Both the position numbers and the translations under genes were made by a program. Under the pieces are notes generated by a model. The model saw only the letters and a list, made by a program, of their open reading frames with translations, did not search any database and had not been told where the DNA came from. Below are positions 1-10,400 of a stretch of 64,000 bases of DNA, piece after piece. Each line of letters starts with the position of its first letter. The first letter of the stretch is position 1. The stretch covers positions 12,460,818 to 12,524,817 of the forward strand of contig OZ037772.1 in NCBI GenBank assembly GCA_964035545.1, read 5' to 3'. Origin of the DNA: Bugula neritina (Eukaryota; Animalia; Bryozoa).

Positions 1-713
1 TCGCTATGAAAGTGTTACTGCAACATTTAAAATCACATGAAAAGCTGTTTTGTTCAGACTTAGAGCCCTTCAAGAAAAACTACTTTGCATATCGTCAACC
101 TGAGAGTATGGAAACGTTTGCAGAGAATTACAACGAGATAATGAGTGACAAAAATAAACTGTGCTTTCGAGGTTCAGCTAGAGATTTTGACAAGAAGGTT
201 TTGTTTTTAGATGCATTATACCCTAGCATGGAGGCAAGTTACATAATACTCAAACTGAAGTGTACTCTCCACCCCAACGCCATGGATCTAAAGTCTGCAG
301 AGGTCTTGACTCCATCAGGACAGCCTATTGTTCTCATCAAATACTCAGCTGATGGCAAACTCTCCACAGTGATGAATCACTTTGCTGGTATTATCGGTAC
401 AGTTGACAGGCAGCAGATTAAAGACGCTACAGGCACGCATCTGGCTGATATTGAGCAGAAAGGGCAAGGTAGACTCACCGTGTTTGAAGGTTCAGATTCG
501 GCTGGCAGGATGTTTACTGTTAATATAGGCAACTGTATCGACAGTGTAGAGCTTTTTGTTGATGAAAACGCAGGGTGGAGAATGAATGTGCTTGCTCTTG
601 CCTTTGCACTTAAAGCTGGCTTTATGGAATACAAACTCTACCAATATCCTTTACCTCGTATGGAGGCTATTTCATCTCTGGCAGATGTGGATGGAAGTGA
701 AGAGAATGATTAA
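1..713 (+). CDS. 3' part of an intronless triple scramblase/tubby-like domain protein (5' end outside the window)
   Basis: Translation aligns with residues ~391-636 of the 1720 ORF (KNYF..RQP, C.RGSA, FLDA..P, AEVL...G...VLI.YSADG, FEG..S.G..FT.NI, NAGW.MN.LALAFA, YKL.QY.LP). The frame is open to the window edge, so the ATG at 6 is internal. Confidence 0.85.
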   Translation, partial: AMKVLLQHLKSHEKLFCSDLEPFKKNYFAYRQPESMETFAENYNEIMSDKNKLCFRGSARDFDKKVLFLDALYPSMEASYIILKLKCTLHPNAMDLKSAEVLTPSGQPIVLIKYSADGKLSTVMNHFAGIIGTVDRQQIKDATGTHLADIEQKGQGRLTVFEGSDSAGRMFTVNIGNCIDSVELFVDENAGWRMNVLALAFALKAGFMEYKLYQYPLPRMEAISSLADVDGSEEND

Positions 714-1719
714 TGGCTGATATTATTGAAACAAATTTATGTAGTAACATATTAGTGTTGGTAGTAGAAGAAGATAAGATAACAAAAACTTGTCAATTCA
801 CTTATTTGCATAGTTGCAGTGGTAGTTTATTTAACTTAGAAAAAATACACAAACTTTTGTACTGAAGATTTGTTGACAAATCCTCCAATCATTGAGTTCT
901 CAAGTATATTGATGAGTCAAGTATTACATTATACTTATGTATAACAACTTAATGCTCTAAAAACATGTATGTATGTATGTATGTGTATAATAAAGAATAT
1001 TATAATAATGACCAAAATTTTGTTGTATATGTATCACAATATTAATATAATAATGACCAGAATATACTCCTTTTTATGTATAATAAGTAACAGAATGATG
1101 ACTAAAAAATATTGTAGGCCTATAATATGTGTAATAATATAATTGCCAAAATATTATTATTGAACTGTATAATGTTTTATAATATAATAATATAATGATC
1201 AAAGTAGCACTGTATTTTAATAACAGTAACAAAATGCTGCTGCATATGTGTAAAATATAATTAATACAAATATAAGAACAAAGAAATGTGTAATTAATAT
1301 TATAATGGTTGGATGTTGTTACATTCAAAATATGCAGAAGTTATTTGCTTATAAAAGTCTAAATGGCAGATGCAATTTTATTCATTTAAGATTTTTTACT
1401 TATTATATTTCAAATGTGACTGAACTAAGCAAATTGAATTAAAAAAATACATTTTCTGCTTCTAAAGGAAAGGTGTAAAAATTAAACTGAAAGTTAGAGA
1501 AAAACAACGAGCATGCTAAATCTAGTGTTCTTTTGAGTAAAAACATTCTTTTGAAAAAATATTAAAGATATTTATTGAAATATTCCTGTTATTTGAAACG
1601 CATAGCAAACTGCACATTCTTGTGCAAAAAGCAAAAAAAAAACAAAGTATTTAGTTGCTTAAAGTTTTCAAGTTACAGCTGCTAGTCTGGTACTAGAGTG
1701 TAACAAGATTGTAATACAA

Positions 1720-3630
1720 ATGGCTACAGCAGGTTCTGGGCAACTCTGTGCCGACAGAGAGTCATCTTATCCGTCACTGGAATATCTCAGGAATTCCAGC
1801 TCTATCTCAATAGGTCCATCATTCTTTAGGGGTAATAAATTCTTGCTACTTGTGTCGAATGACTCAGTTACTCACTGCTGTCCTCATGACAAGCACTCAA
1901 GCGCTGACCTCGTTATCAGAGACAGAGATCACGCCAACGTCAGGTTCTGTATTGGTGGAGCTGCTTTGGCCTTACCCACCATTAGAGCCTACATTCAGCA
2001 TAAAACAAGCAAAATTGGAAAAATTGTAAGTGGAAAGGTGTTTGTTAATGGAGCAAGTGGAGAGAGTGCCGGCACTTTTACACAGGAACTCACCGTACAA
2101 GATCAATATAAATACAGGTATGTTGACGAGGGAAGTAAACAGGAGCAAGCTGGAATCCTGGTTACCGATGGCTTACTGACTATAAACATGGAAGTTAGTC
2201 TGTCAACATCTATTAAAGCCTTAATCATATCCTACGGCGTGATGCTGGCCATGTCAAAGCATAAGGAGATGGTTGTGAACTTTCTAGGATCGGTGCCCGA
2301 GATCACTAAGAAGCTGGGTACTATTACCAACCAGTGCCAACCACTTCCGGTTTTTGAATGCGGTAATCCGAGGTTTGCAAGTTTCAACATACCGAAAACG
2401 GAGCAGATGAAAATTAGGCTGTACCAGAAGAACAAAGCTCACACTAAATATTCGTTTGTTTTGATGGATGCTAAGAACAATAATGCAGTGTGTATGACTT
2501 TGGTTTACTGCCTTGATAGCAACAGGTTGGAGTTTGTAGAGCCATTTGGCTCTGTAGCATACCATGCAGTTGGTTTGAGTAGCTTATATCAAAAGTTGCA
2601 GTTATTTTCAAGTCCGATAGGAGAATGTTGTGGCGAGATTGAACCAATCAGTCGACGAGAAAGACGATGTGGACAGTCTTATGTATTTCATATGACTGAT
2701 GAACCGGACAACCACCCAAACAAAACGCTTACCTGCTTTGTTTCGGAAAAACTCGAATACTGCAGGAATCTGAAAATAGTTAATAGGGACGATGAAAGTA
2801 TATTAACTTTTAACATCAGTCGTTTAGAAATTGATTTGAACATGTATGCCTTTTTGCCGCATTCCGAGAAGCTAATAGCTATAGCGTTTGTATTAAGACT
2901 GTTGGTGCGACTTATAGATCATCACTATGAACTTTTTTGTCCAGAAATGAGGCTTTATAGAAAAAATTACTTTTCTAAACGGCAACCTATACCAGTGGAG
3001 GCTTCCAATACCAATTACGAATCGATAATGTGTAGCAAGTTTTGGATCTGCTTGAGGGGTTCAGCTATGAACTTAAATGAACGAGTAATATTTTTAGACG
3101 CGATTCGCCCGGGAGCTGAGGCCAACCCTTTAATGCTTAAAGTGAGGTGTAAGTTTTACCCTAACATGGTGGACATTAACACCGCAGAGGTTTTACTCAC
3201 GACTGGTGCTATCGTAGTTCTCATCGAATACTCAGCCGATGGTCAGTGCTCAAGGGTGAGGAGCAATAAATTTTCTTCACAGATGATTGGTACACTAAAT
3301 GGAGACAAGGTGAACAATGGAACAGGTGCGCAATTGGCACAAGTTTATGAGATAAAGCGACCATGCCGGGTGTATAGTGGAAAGACAATCACAACATTTG
3401 AAGGTCACAATTCAGAGGGCAAAATATTTACCATTAACATAAGCAATAGCCTGGATACGGTGTCACTATCAACTGACAAGAATGCTGGGTGGAAAATGAA
3501 CATACTGGCACTCGCCTTTGCAATAAGAGCCTGTTTCCAAACATACAAACTCCAACAATATGCTTTACCGCACGTCCCGAGTTTTCCAGCCGTCGAAGAT
3601 TTAGATGACAGTGAATGTGAAGAATTGTAG
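1720..3630 (+). CDS. Intronless 636-aa protein with three predicted scramblase/tubby-like beta-barrel domains (copy A)
   Basis: Uninterrupted 636-codon ORF conserved with three paralogs in the window. N-terminal PSLEYL and SLSTSIKALIISYG resemble the scramblase motifs PGLEYL and DLDVKMKAVMIGA. Hydrophobic helices recur at ~165-178, ~383-397 and ~592-605. The ORF is solid; the fold is inference. Confidence 0.85.
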   Translation: MATAGSGQLCADRESSYPSLEYLRNSSSISIGPSFFRGNKFLLLVSNDSVTHCCPHDKHSSADLVIRDRDHANVRFCIGGAALALPTIRAYIQHKTSKIGKIVSGKVFVNGASGESAGTFTQELTVQDQYKYRYVDEGSKQEQAGILVTDGLLTINMEVSLSTSIKALIISYGVMLAMSKHKEMVVNFLGSVPEITKKLGTITNQCQPLPVFECGNPRFASFNIPKTEQMKIRLYQKNKAHTKYSFVLMDAKNNNAVCMTLVYCLDSNRLEFVEPFGSVAYHAVGLSSLYQKLQLFSSPIGECCGEIEPISRRERRCGQSYVFHMTDEPDNHPNKTLTCFVSEKLEYCRNLKIVNRDDESILTFNISRLEIDLNMYAFLPHSEKLIAIAFVLRLLVRLIDHHYELFCPEMRLYRKNYFSKRQPIPVEASNTNYESIMCSKFWICLRGSAMNLNERVIFLDAIRPGAEANPLMLKVRCKFYPNMVDINTAEVLLTTGAIVVLIEYSADGQCSRVRSNKFSSQMIGTLNGDKVNNGTGAQLAQVYEIKRPCRVYSGKTITTFEGHNSEGKIFTINISNSLDTVSLSTDKNAGWKMNILALAFAIRACFQTYKLQQYALPHVPSFPAVEDLDDSECEEL

Positions 3631-4231
3631 TTCAACCTTCCTTCAAATATATCCTCTATAAATCTATCATCTATGAATCTATAATAATTTATTACTTAAA
3701 GCCTTCCTACGTTTGTGAAGAAAGTAAATAAGGCAATGTTACAGTACTTCACTTTGTTTTTCATTCTTTTGAAGTTGTGTTTCATGAATTTGACATCAAC
3801 AAATTAATATTGAAAACTTGCCAACTTGCATATTATTATTATAAACTGTTTTAAGAATTTCTGCAACTGCACTTAACAACTCATCACAATATGAGATATA
3901 CTTTGCTGTTTGCTTACATGAAAATATTGTCTACTTTTGCTAATTTTCAAACATCTCTGACACTTAATCACACAAGAATATCTCTCTCACCTCATTGTTG
4001 TCTTTCTCCAAGGGTTATAAAAACAAAGAGCATACTAAATCTAATTATCTTTTGGGAAAAAACATTCTTTTGAAATAAAATTCAATAAAAATTTCTGCTA
4101 TTTAAAATGTATAGCATATTACAAATTGTTCTAAACAACAACAAAAGAGCAACAATTAGTGTTTAGTTACCTAAAGTTTTCAAGTTATAGCTGCTAGTCT
4201 GGTACTAGAGTGTAACAGGATTGTAATACAA

Positions 4232-6142
4232 ATGGCTACAGCAGGTTCTGGGCAGCTCTGTACCAACAGAGAGTCATCTTATCCGTCACTGGAATATCTC
4301 AGGAATTCCAGCTCTATCTCAATAGGTCCATCGTTTTTCAATGGTAATAAATTCTTGCTACTTGTGTCGAATGACTCAGTTACTCACTGCTGTCCCCACG
4401 ACAAGCACTCAAGCGCCGACCTAGTTATCAGAGACAGAGAACACGCCAATGTCAGGTTTTGTATTGGTGGAGCTGCTTTGGCCTTACCCACCATTAGAGC
4501 CTACATTCAGCATAAAACAAGCAAAATTGGGAAAATTGTAAGTGGAAAGGTGTTTGTTAATAGAGCAAGTGGAGAGAGTGCCGGCACTTTTACACAAGAA
4601 CTCACCGTACAAGATCAATATAAATACAGGTATGTTGACGAGGGAAGTAAACAGGAGCAAGCGGGAATCCTGGTTACCGATGGTTTACTGACTATAAACA
4701 TGGAAGTTAGTCTGTCAACATCTATTAAAGCCTTAATTATATCCTACGGCGTGATGCTAGCCATGTCAAAGCATAAGGAGATGGTTGTGAACTTTCTAGG
4801 ATCGGTGCCCGAGATCACTAAGAAGCTGGGTACTATCACCAACCAGTGCCAACCACTTCCGGTTTTTGAATGCGGTAATCCGAGATTTGCAAGTTTCAAC
4901 ATACCGAAAACAGAGCAGATGAAAATAAGGTTGTATCAGAAAAATAAAGTTTGCACTAAATATTCGTTTGTCTTGATGGATGCTAAAAACAACAATGAAG
5001 TGTGTATGACTTTGGTTTACGACTTTGATAGCAACAGGTTAGAGTTTGTAGAACCATTTGGCTCTGTAACGCACCATGCAGTCGGTTTAGGGGGCTTGAA
5101 TCAAAAGTTGCAGTTGTTTTCTAGTCCGATAGGAGAATGTTGTGGCGAGATTGAACCAATCAGTCTACAAGAAAGACGTTGTGGACAGTCTTATGTATTT
5201 GATATGACTGATAAACCCGACAACCACCCAAACAAAACACTTACCTGCTTTGTTTCGGAGAAACTCGACTGCACTCATAGTCTAAAAATAGTTAACAGGG
5301 ACGATGAAAGTATATTAACTTTTAACGTCAGCCGCTTAGAAGTTAGCTTAAATATGTATGCCTTTTTGTCGCCTTCTGTGAAGCTATTACCTATAGCGTT
5401 TGTATTAAGAATGTTGGTGCGACTTATAGATAGCAACTATGAACTGTTTTGTCCAGGCATGAAACGTTATAGGAAGAATTATTTTTCTAAACGGCAACTA
5501 CCATCAGTGGAAACATTCAACACCAACTACGAATCGATAATGTGTAAGGTATTTTGGGTCTGCCTGAGGGGTTCAGCTATGAACTTAAATGAGCGAGTAA
5601 TATTTTTAGACTTGATACACCCTGGAGTTGAGGCCAACTCTTTAATGCTCAAAGTGAGGTGTAAGTTTTACCCTAACATGGTGGACATTAACACCGCAGA
5701 AGTTTTACTCACAACTGGTGCTATGGTAGTTCTCATCGAATACTCAGCCGATGGTCAGTGTTCAAGGGTGAGGAGCAATAAATTATCTTCGCAGATTATT
5801 GGTACACTAAATGGAGACAAATTGAATGATGGAACAGGTACGCAATTGGCACAAGTTTACGAGATGCAGCGACAATGCCGAGTGAATAGTGGGAGAACAA
5901 TCACAAACTTCGAAGGTCACAATTCAGAAGGCAAAATATTTACCATTAACATAAGCAAAAGCTTGGATACGGTGTCACTATCAACTGACAGGAATGCTGG
6001 GTTTTTAATGAACACACTGGCGCTTGCCTTTACAATCAGAACCTGTTTCCAAACATACAAACTCCAACAATATGCTTTACCGCACGTCCCGAGTTTTCCA
6101 GCTGTCGAAGATTTAGATGACAGTGAATGCGAAGAGTCTTAG
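4232..6142 (+). CDS. Intronless 636-aa paralog (copy B), tandem duplicate of 1720-3630
   Basis: Same length, no indels, about 70 amino-acid differences from copy A by manual count. The ~60 nt before the ATG are nearly identical in both copies. Confidence 0.85.
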   Translation: MATAGSGQLCTNRESSYPSLEYLRNSSSISIGPSFFNGNKFLLLVSNDSVTHCCPHDKHSSADLVIRDREHANVRFCIGGAALALPTIRAYIQHKTSKIGKIVSGKVFVNRASGESAGTFTQELTVQDQYKYRYVDEGSKQEQAGILVTDGLLTINMEVSLSTSIKALIISYGVMLAMSKHKEMVVNFLGSVPEITKKLGTITNQCQPLPVFECGNPRFASFNIPKTEQMKIRLYQKNKVCTKYSFVLMDAKNNNEVCMTLVYDFDSNRLEFVEPFGSVTHHAVGLGGLNQKLQLFSSPIGECCGEIEPISLQERRCGQSYVFDMTDKPDNHPNKTLTCFVSEKLDCTHSLKIVNRDDESILTFNVSRLEVSLNMYAFLSPSVKLLPIAFVLRMLVRLIDSNYELFCPGMKRYRKNYFSKRQLPSVETFNTNYESIMCKVFWVCLRGSAMNLNERVIFLDLIHPGVEANSLMLKVRCKFYPNMVDINTAEVLLTTGAMVVLIEYSADGQCSRVRSNKLSSQIIGTLNGDKLNDGTGTQLAQVYEMQRQCRVNSGRTITNFEGHNSEGKIFTINISKSLDTVSLSTDRNAGFLMNTLALAFTIRTCFQTYKLQQYALPHVPSFPAVEDLDDSECEES

Positions 6143-6648
6143 TTCAAACTTCCTTTGAATCTATCATCTATAATCAATAAATATATCATCTATAAATCTA
6201 TGATCTATAAATCTATAATCTATAAATCTATAATCTATAAATCTATAATAATTCATTACTTAGAGTTTTCCTATGTTTGTGAGGATAATAAAAAAGTAGC
6301 ATTACAGTACTTCACTTTGTTTTTCATTATTTTGGATTTGTGTTTTATGAATTTGACATCAGCAAAAAACTAATAATATGCATTGCATATTGAGAACTTG
6401 CACATTATTACTATGAACCGTTATATATATGAAGATCTGTCTGCGCACGATGTAGCCGCAGCGCATGACTCATAATAATAATATCAGATCTACCTTGCTA
6501 GCTGTTTGCTTATGCAGAATGTTATAGCTGACTTCTGCCAGTTTTCAAACATGTTTGAAGACTGGCTTTAACATAATATCTTGAAACACTCATAATTATT
6601 TTGAGCTGAGAGTTAAAAGAAAATCGGTGTTGCAATTATAACCCAGTA

Positions 6649-6720
6649 GTCTCTGTGCTGTAGTGGTTAGCACACTTTCTTGCAAGCCAGAGGTCTCCAC
6701 TTTTAATCTCAGTGGGGGCA
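6649..6720 (+). pseudogene. Decayed tRNA-like sequence (tRNA pseudogene or tRNA-derived SINE head)
   Basis: 72 nt, GTCTCTG...TGGGGGCA with acceptor-stem-like ends, A-box-like TGCTGTAGTGGTTAG and AGGTC at the variable-loop position. The T-arm/B-box (TTTTAATCTC) is degenerate and the anticodon stem does not pair. Confidence 0.45.
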
Positions 6721-7449
6721 AATTATTTTACAGGTGTTTCATTACTTCCAACACAATCAGTACAACCATTATATTGATTAGTGTAAAAACCCGTCATATT
6801 TATTTATTCAATTTAGTATTTGCAGTAAGTGTAAATTTATACTACTCATATTAGTTTGTAGTATGACTGCTGCGTTTTAAATTTTAAAAAGTGTTAATAA
6901 AATTTGTGCAGAATTATAATAACGCTTTCCTTCAGCATACATGCAATAGAAGTATTTGATTAAGTAATTTACAATATAGTTGTGTATTTACAGTCATAGG
7001 TTTGTTGGACAACTTGAATTCACTTGTATTGCTGGCATTAAAAGATTCAGATAATATTTGAGATCTGTAACCTTGGTGTGCAAACATATTACAATCATAT
7101 ATTATTTATATGCCAGTGTTTATATAAGCAGGCCTATAATATAGTGATTCTGCTACAATATCTCACAAGTAATGCGATAATATTAAAACTTTGCATAAGT
7201 TAGTGAAACCTGAACATAATAATATGTGGCTTAGCAGCATTGTACTTTCTTAATCAGTTTATTTGTAACAATAAACATACTTGACATACTTGACAATAAA
7301 TATGAGTACGAAAAAAAGACATATCAGAATTTATCCTTTGATATAAAAAATTGCATAAAATATTGAAAACTGGTGGACTAATGTACTAATCTACTAATGT
7401 AGATGAACAGCCCGTCAAGGGTGCTACACCCATCTATGGTGAGACTCTG

Positions 7450-10400
7450 TTAGTTTCTGTATGACCTCCTGGAAGCTGGTCTGCCAACAGAAGAGCTTAT
7501 CGAGTGGTTGGTTCTTCCGGGAGACTGAGAACGGCCGGCTTGTCTGCTGCCACGGGGAGAAGAGGCTCGTGGTTGGCGCGCTGCCGGTGTCAGATAACTG
7601 GGACTACTAACTCCAGTCATGTCTGAATCCTCACCAACCTGAGAGTAGAACATATGCTATGGCACACAGCAGTAGAGAGTAGAGTACGTGCTATAGCACA
7701 CAATAGTAGAGAGTATATATTATATGCTATAGCACACAATATTGGGGAGTATATATTATATGCTTTAGCACACAACAGTAAAGAGTAGATTATATGCTAT
7801 GACACACAGTAGAAGAGAATAGAGTACACGCTATAGCACACAATAGGAGAGAATAGAGTACATGCTATAGCACACAATAGGAGAGAATAGAGTACATGCT
7901 ATAGCACATAATAGTAGAGAATAGAGTACATGCTATAGCACACAAGAGTAGGGAGTTGTCTCACCTCCTCGTAGTCTTTCTCCAGAGCCGCCAAGTCGTG
8001 CCTAGCCTCAGAGAACTCGCCCTCCTCCATGCCCTCGCCCACATACCAGTGGACAAAGGCTCTCTTAGTGAACATCAAGTCAAACTTGTAGTCTAGTCTG
8101 CTCCACGCCTCCGCTATGGCCGTAGAGTTGCACAGCATGCTCACCGCCCGGGTGGTTCTGGCCAGATCACCGCCTGGAACCGCTGTTGGTGGTCGGTAGT
8201 TGATTCCAACCTTGAATCCGGTTGGACACCAGTCAACAAAGTTGATGCCTAGGCAAGAGAAAGTCAGCTTACATGGTAGAACATAATATCAGGTAAACAA
8301 TAAAAAAGATTGTGCCTCAGATTGAGGTAATGGAGTTTGCTGAATAAAATGCTGGTGACAATAAGAGTACAACACAAGAAAACATATCAAAGGCTGAAAA
8401 CTTAATGAATATTAGAAGACTGAATATGCAGAAAGAATTGCAGGAGACAAACATAAAGAGTTAGCTGAAGGTGATAGATGCCATTCTGACAACACAAAGC
8501 AGAACTGTGAGGTCATCACAGATTCTCTTTTATTATGCACACACAGGCGAAACATGAGTTTAGCCAACCAATGCAATTTGTCATAATAAACGTCAGTCTA
8601 GCTGCTTCACGGATGAACATTAAACCTGGTTCACCTCTCTTAGTCTTGAGAGCAGCAATGGTGGCATTGACGTCTTTGCTGTTGATATCTCCGCGGTAAA
8701 GCAGACACACAGACATGTACTTGCCATGACGGGGGTCACACTTTACCAAACAGTTAGCAGGTTCAAAACATGAGTTGGTGATGTCAACAGTGGAGAGCTG
8801 GAAAGGGAGTGACAGGTGAGTGACAGATGTTATATAGTGAGTGGCAGGTGCTATATAGTGAGTGGCAGATGAGTGACAGGTGCTATATAGTGAGTGACAA
8901 GTGTTATATATTGAGTAACAGATTAGTGACAGATGTTATATAGTGAGTGACAGGTGATATATACTGAGTGAGATGTGTTAAACGCTGAGTGACAGATGTC
9001 ATATATTGCGTGACAAGTACTATATGGTGAGTGACAGGTGTTATAGTGAGTGACAAATCTACATAGTAGGTAGCAGATTTTATAGAATAGGTGACAGGTA
9101 CTAAAGAATAAGTGGCAGATGTCATACAGTAAAGTGACACCTAGTATCATATAGTAGCGGTGTCATATCGAGGAGTATATGGTGTGTTATGACTCACCTG
9201 CTAAAGGTGTCATATATGGTGTGTATGACTCACCTGCTAAAGGTGTCATATATGGTGTGTATGACTCACCTGCTAAAGGTGTCATATATGGTGTGTATGA
9301 CTCACCTGCTAAAGGTGTCATATATGGTGTGTATGACTCACCTGCTAAAGGTGTCATATATGGTGTGTTATGACTCACCTGCTAAAGGTGTCATATATGA
9401 CGTGTATGACTCACCTGCTAAAGGTGTCATATATGGTGTGTATGACTCACCTGCTCATGGTAAGCTTTCTCAGCTGAGATTATCGGAGCGTAGGACACGA
9501 GAGGGAAGTGGATTCTGGGATACGGCACGAGGTTTGTCTGGAACTCCGTGAGGTCAACGTTTATTGATCCTTGGAAACGTAGACTAGCTGTGACAGCAGA
9601 GACAACCTGAATTATAACAAGGAAGATAGTGGGATATAATAAGGAGATATAACAAGGAAGATGGTGGGATATAATAAGGAGATATAACAAGGAAGATGGT
9701 GGGATATAATAAGGAGATATAACAAGGAAGATGGTGGGATATAATAAGGAGATATAACAAGGAAGATGGTGGGATATAATAAGGAGATATAACAAGGAAG
9801 ATAGTGGGATATAATAAGGAGATATAACAAGGAAGATGGTGGGATATAATAAGGAGATATAACAAGGAAGAAGGTGGGATATAATAAGGAGATATAACAA
9901 GGAAGATGGTGGGATATAATAAGGAGATATAACAAGGAAGATGGTGGGATATAATAAGGAGATATAATAAAGAGATATAATAAGGAGATATATATAGTAA
10001 GGAGTTTTAAACAGCATTAATTATAGAGTTTAATAAATGATTGTAGTATTCACAATGTTCCACTTTGAAAGAAACTATAGAAATAAACACGTCTAACAAA
10101 CGTAAACCAAGCTATTAGTTCCTACCAGACTCATAATAGGAATAAGCTTTTGTACGTTTTCCAAGCAGCAGTTCACACTAATCTTACATGGAAAGACTCA
10201 CCTGCGCCGTAAGCCGGTTCAGGTTGGTGTAGGTGGGACGGGTAACATCCAGGTTCCGATGGCAAATGTCATAAACTGCCTGGGAAGAAATACAGACATA
10301 ACACTTGAACAAAAGATGACATGGAACTTTCTGATTATGCTTGATTGCTGCTCATTGCATGCGAGATCTGGTGGAATAGTTTAAGATTTCAAGATTTAAG

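Larger units (their letters stand above)
1500..6550 (+). repeat. Tandem gene duplication, period ~2.5 kb
   Basis: ATGs are 2512 bp apart. Flanks are homologous: 1501 aaaacaacgagcatgctaaatcta vs 4020 aaaacaaagagcatactaaatcta; 3' flank 3631-3850 vs 6143-6420; gctgtttgctta...ttttcaaacat at ~3905 and ~6500. Confidence 0.9.

Noticed and set aside
1660-1720. Conserved AG ~40 nt before the ATG of the 636-aa genes as a trans-splice acceptor or operon signal
   Set aside because: Equally explained by an ordinary 5'UTR intron or by simple duplication; not distinguishable without transcripts.
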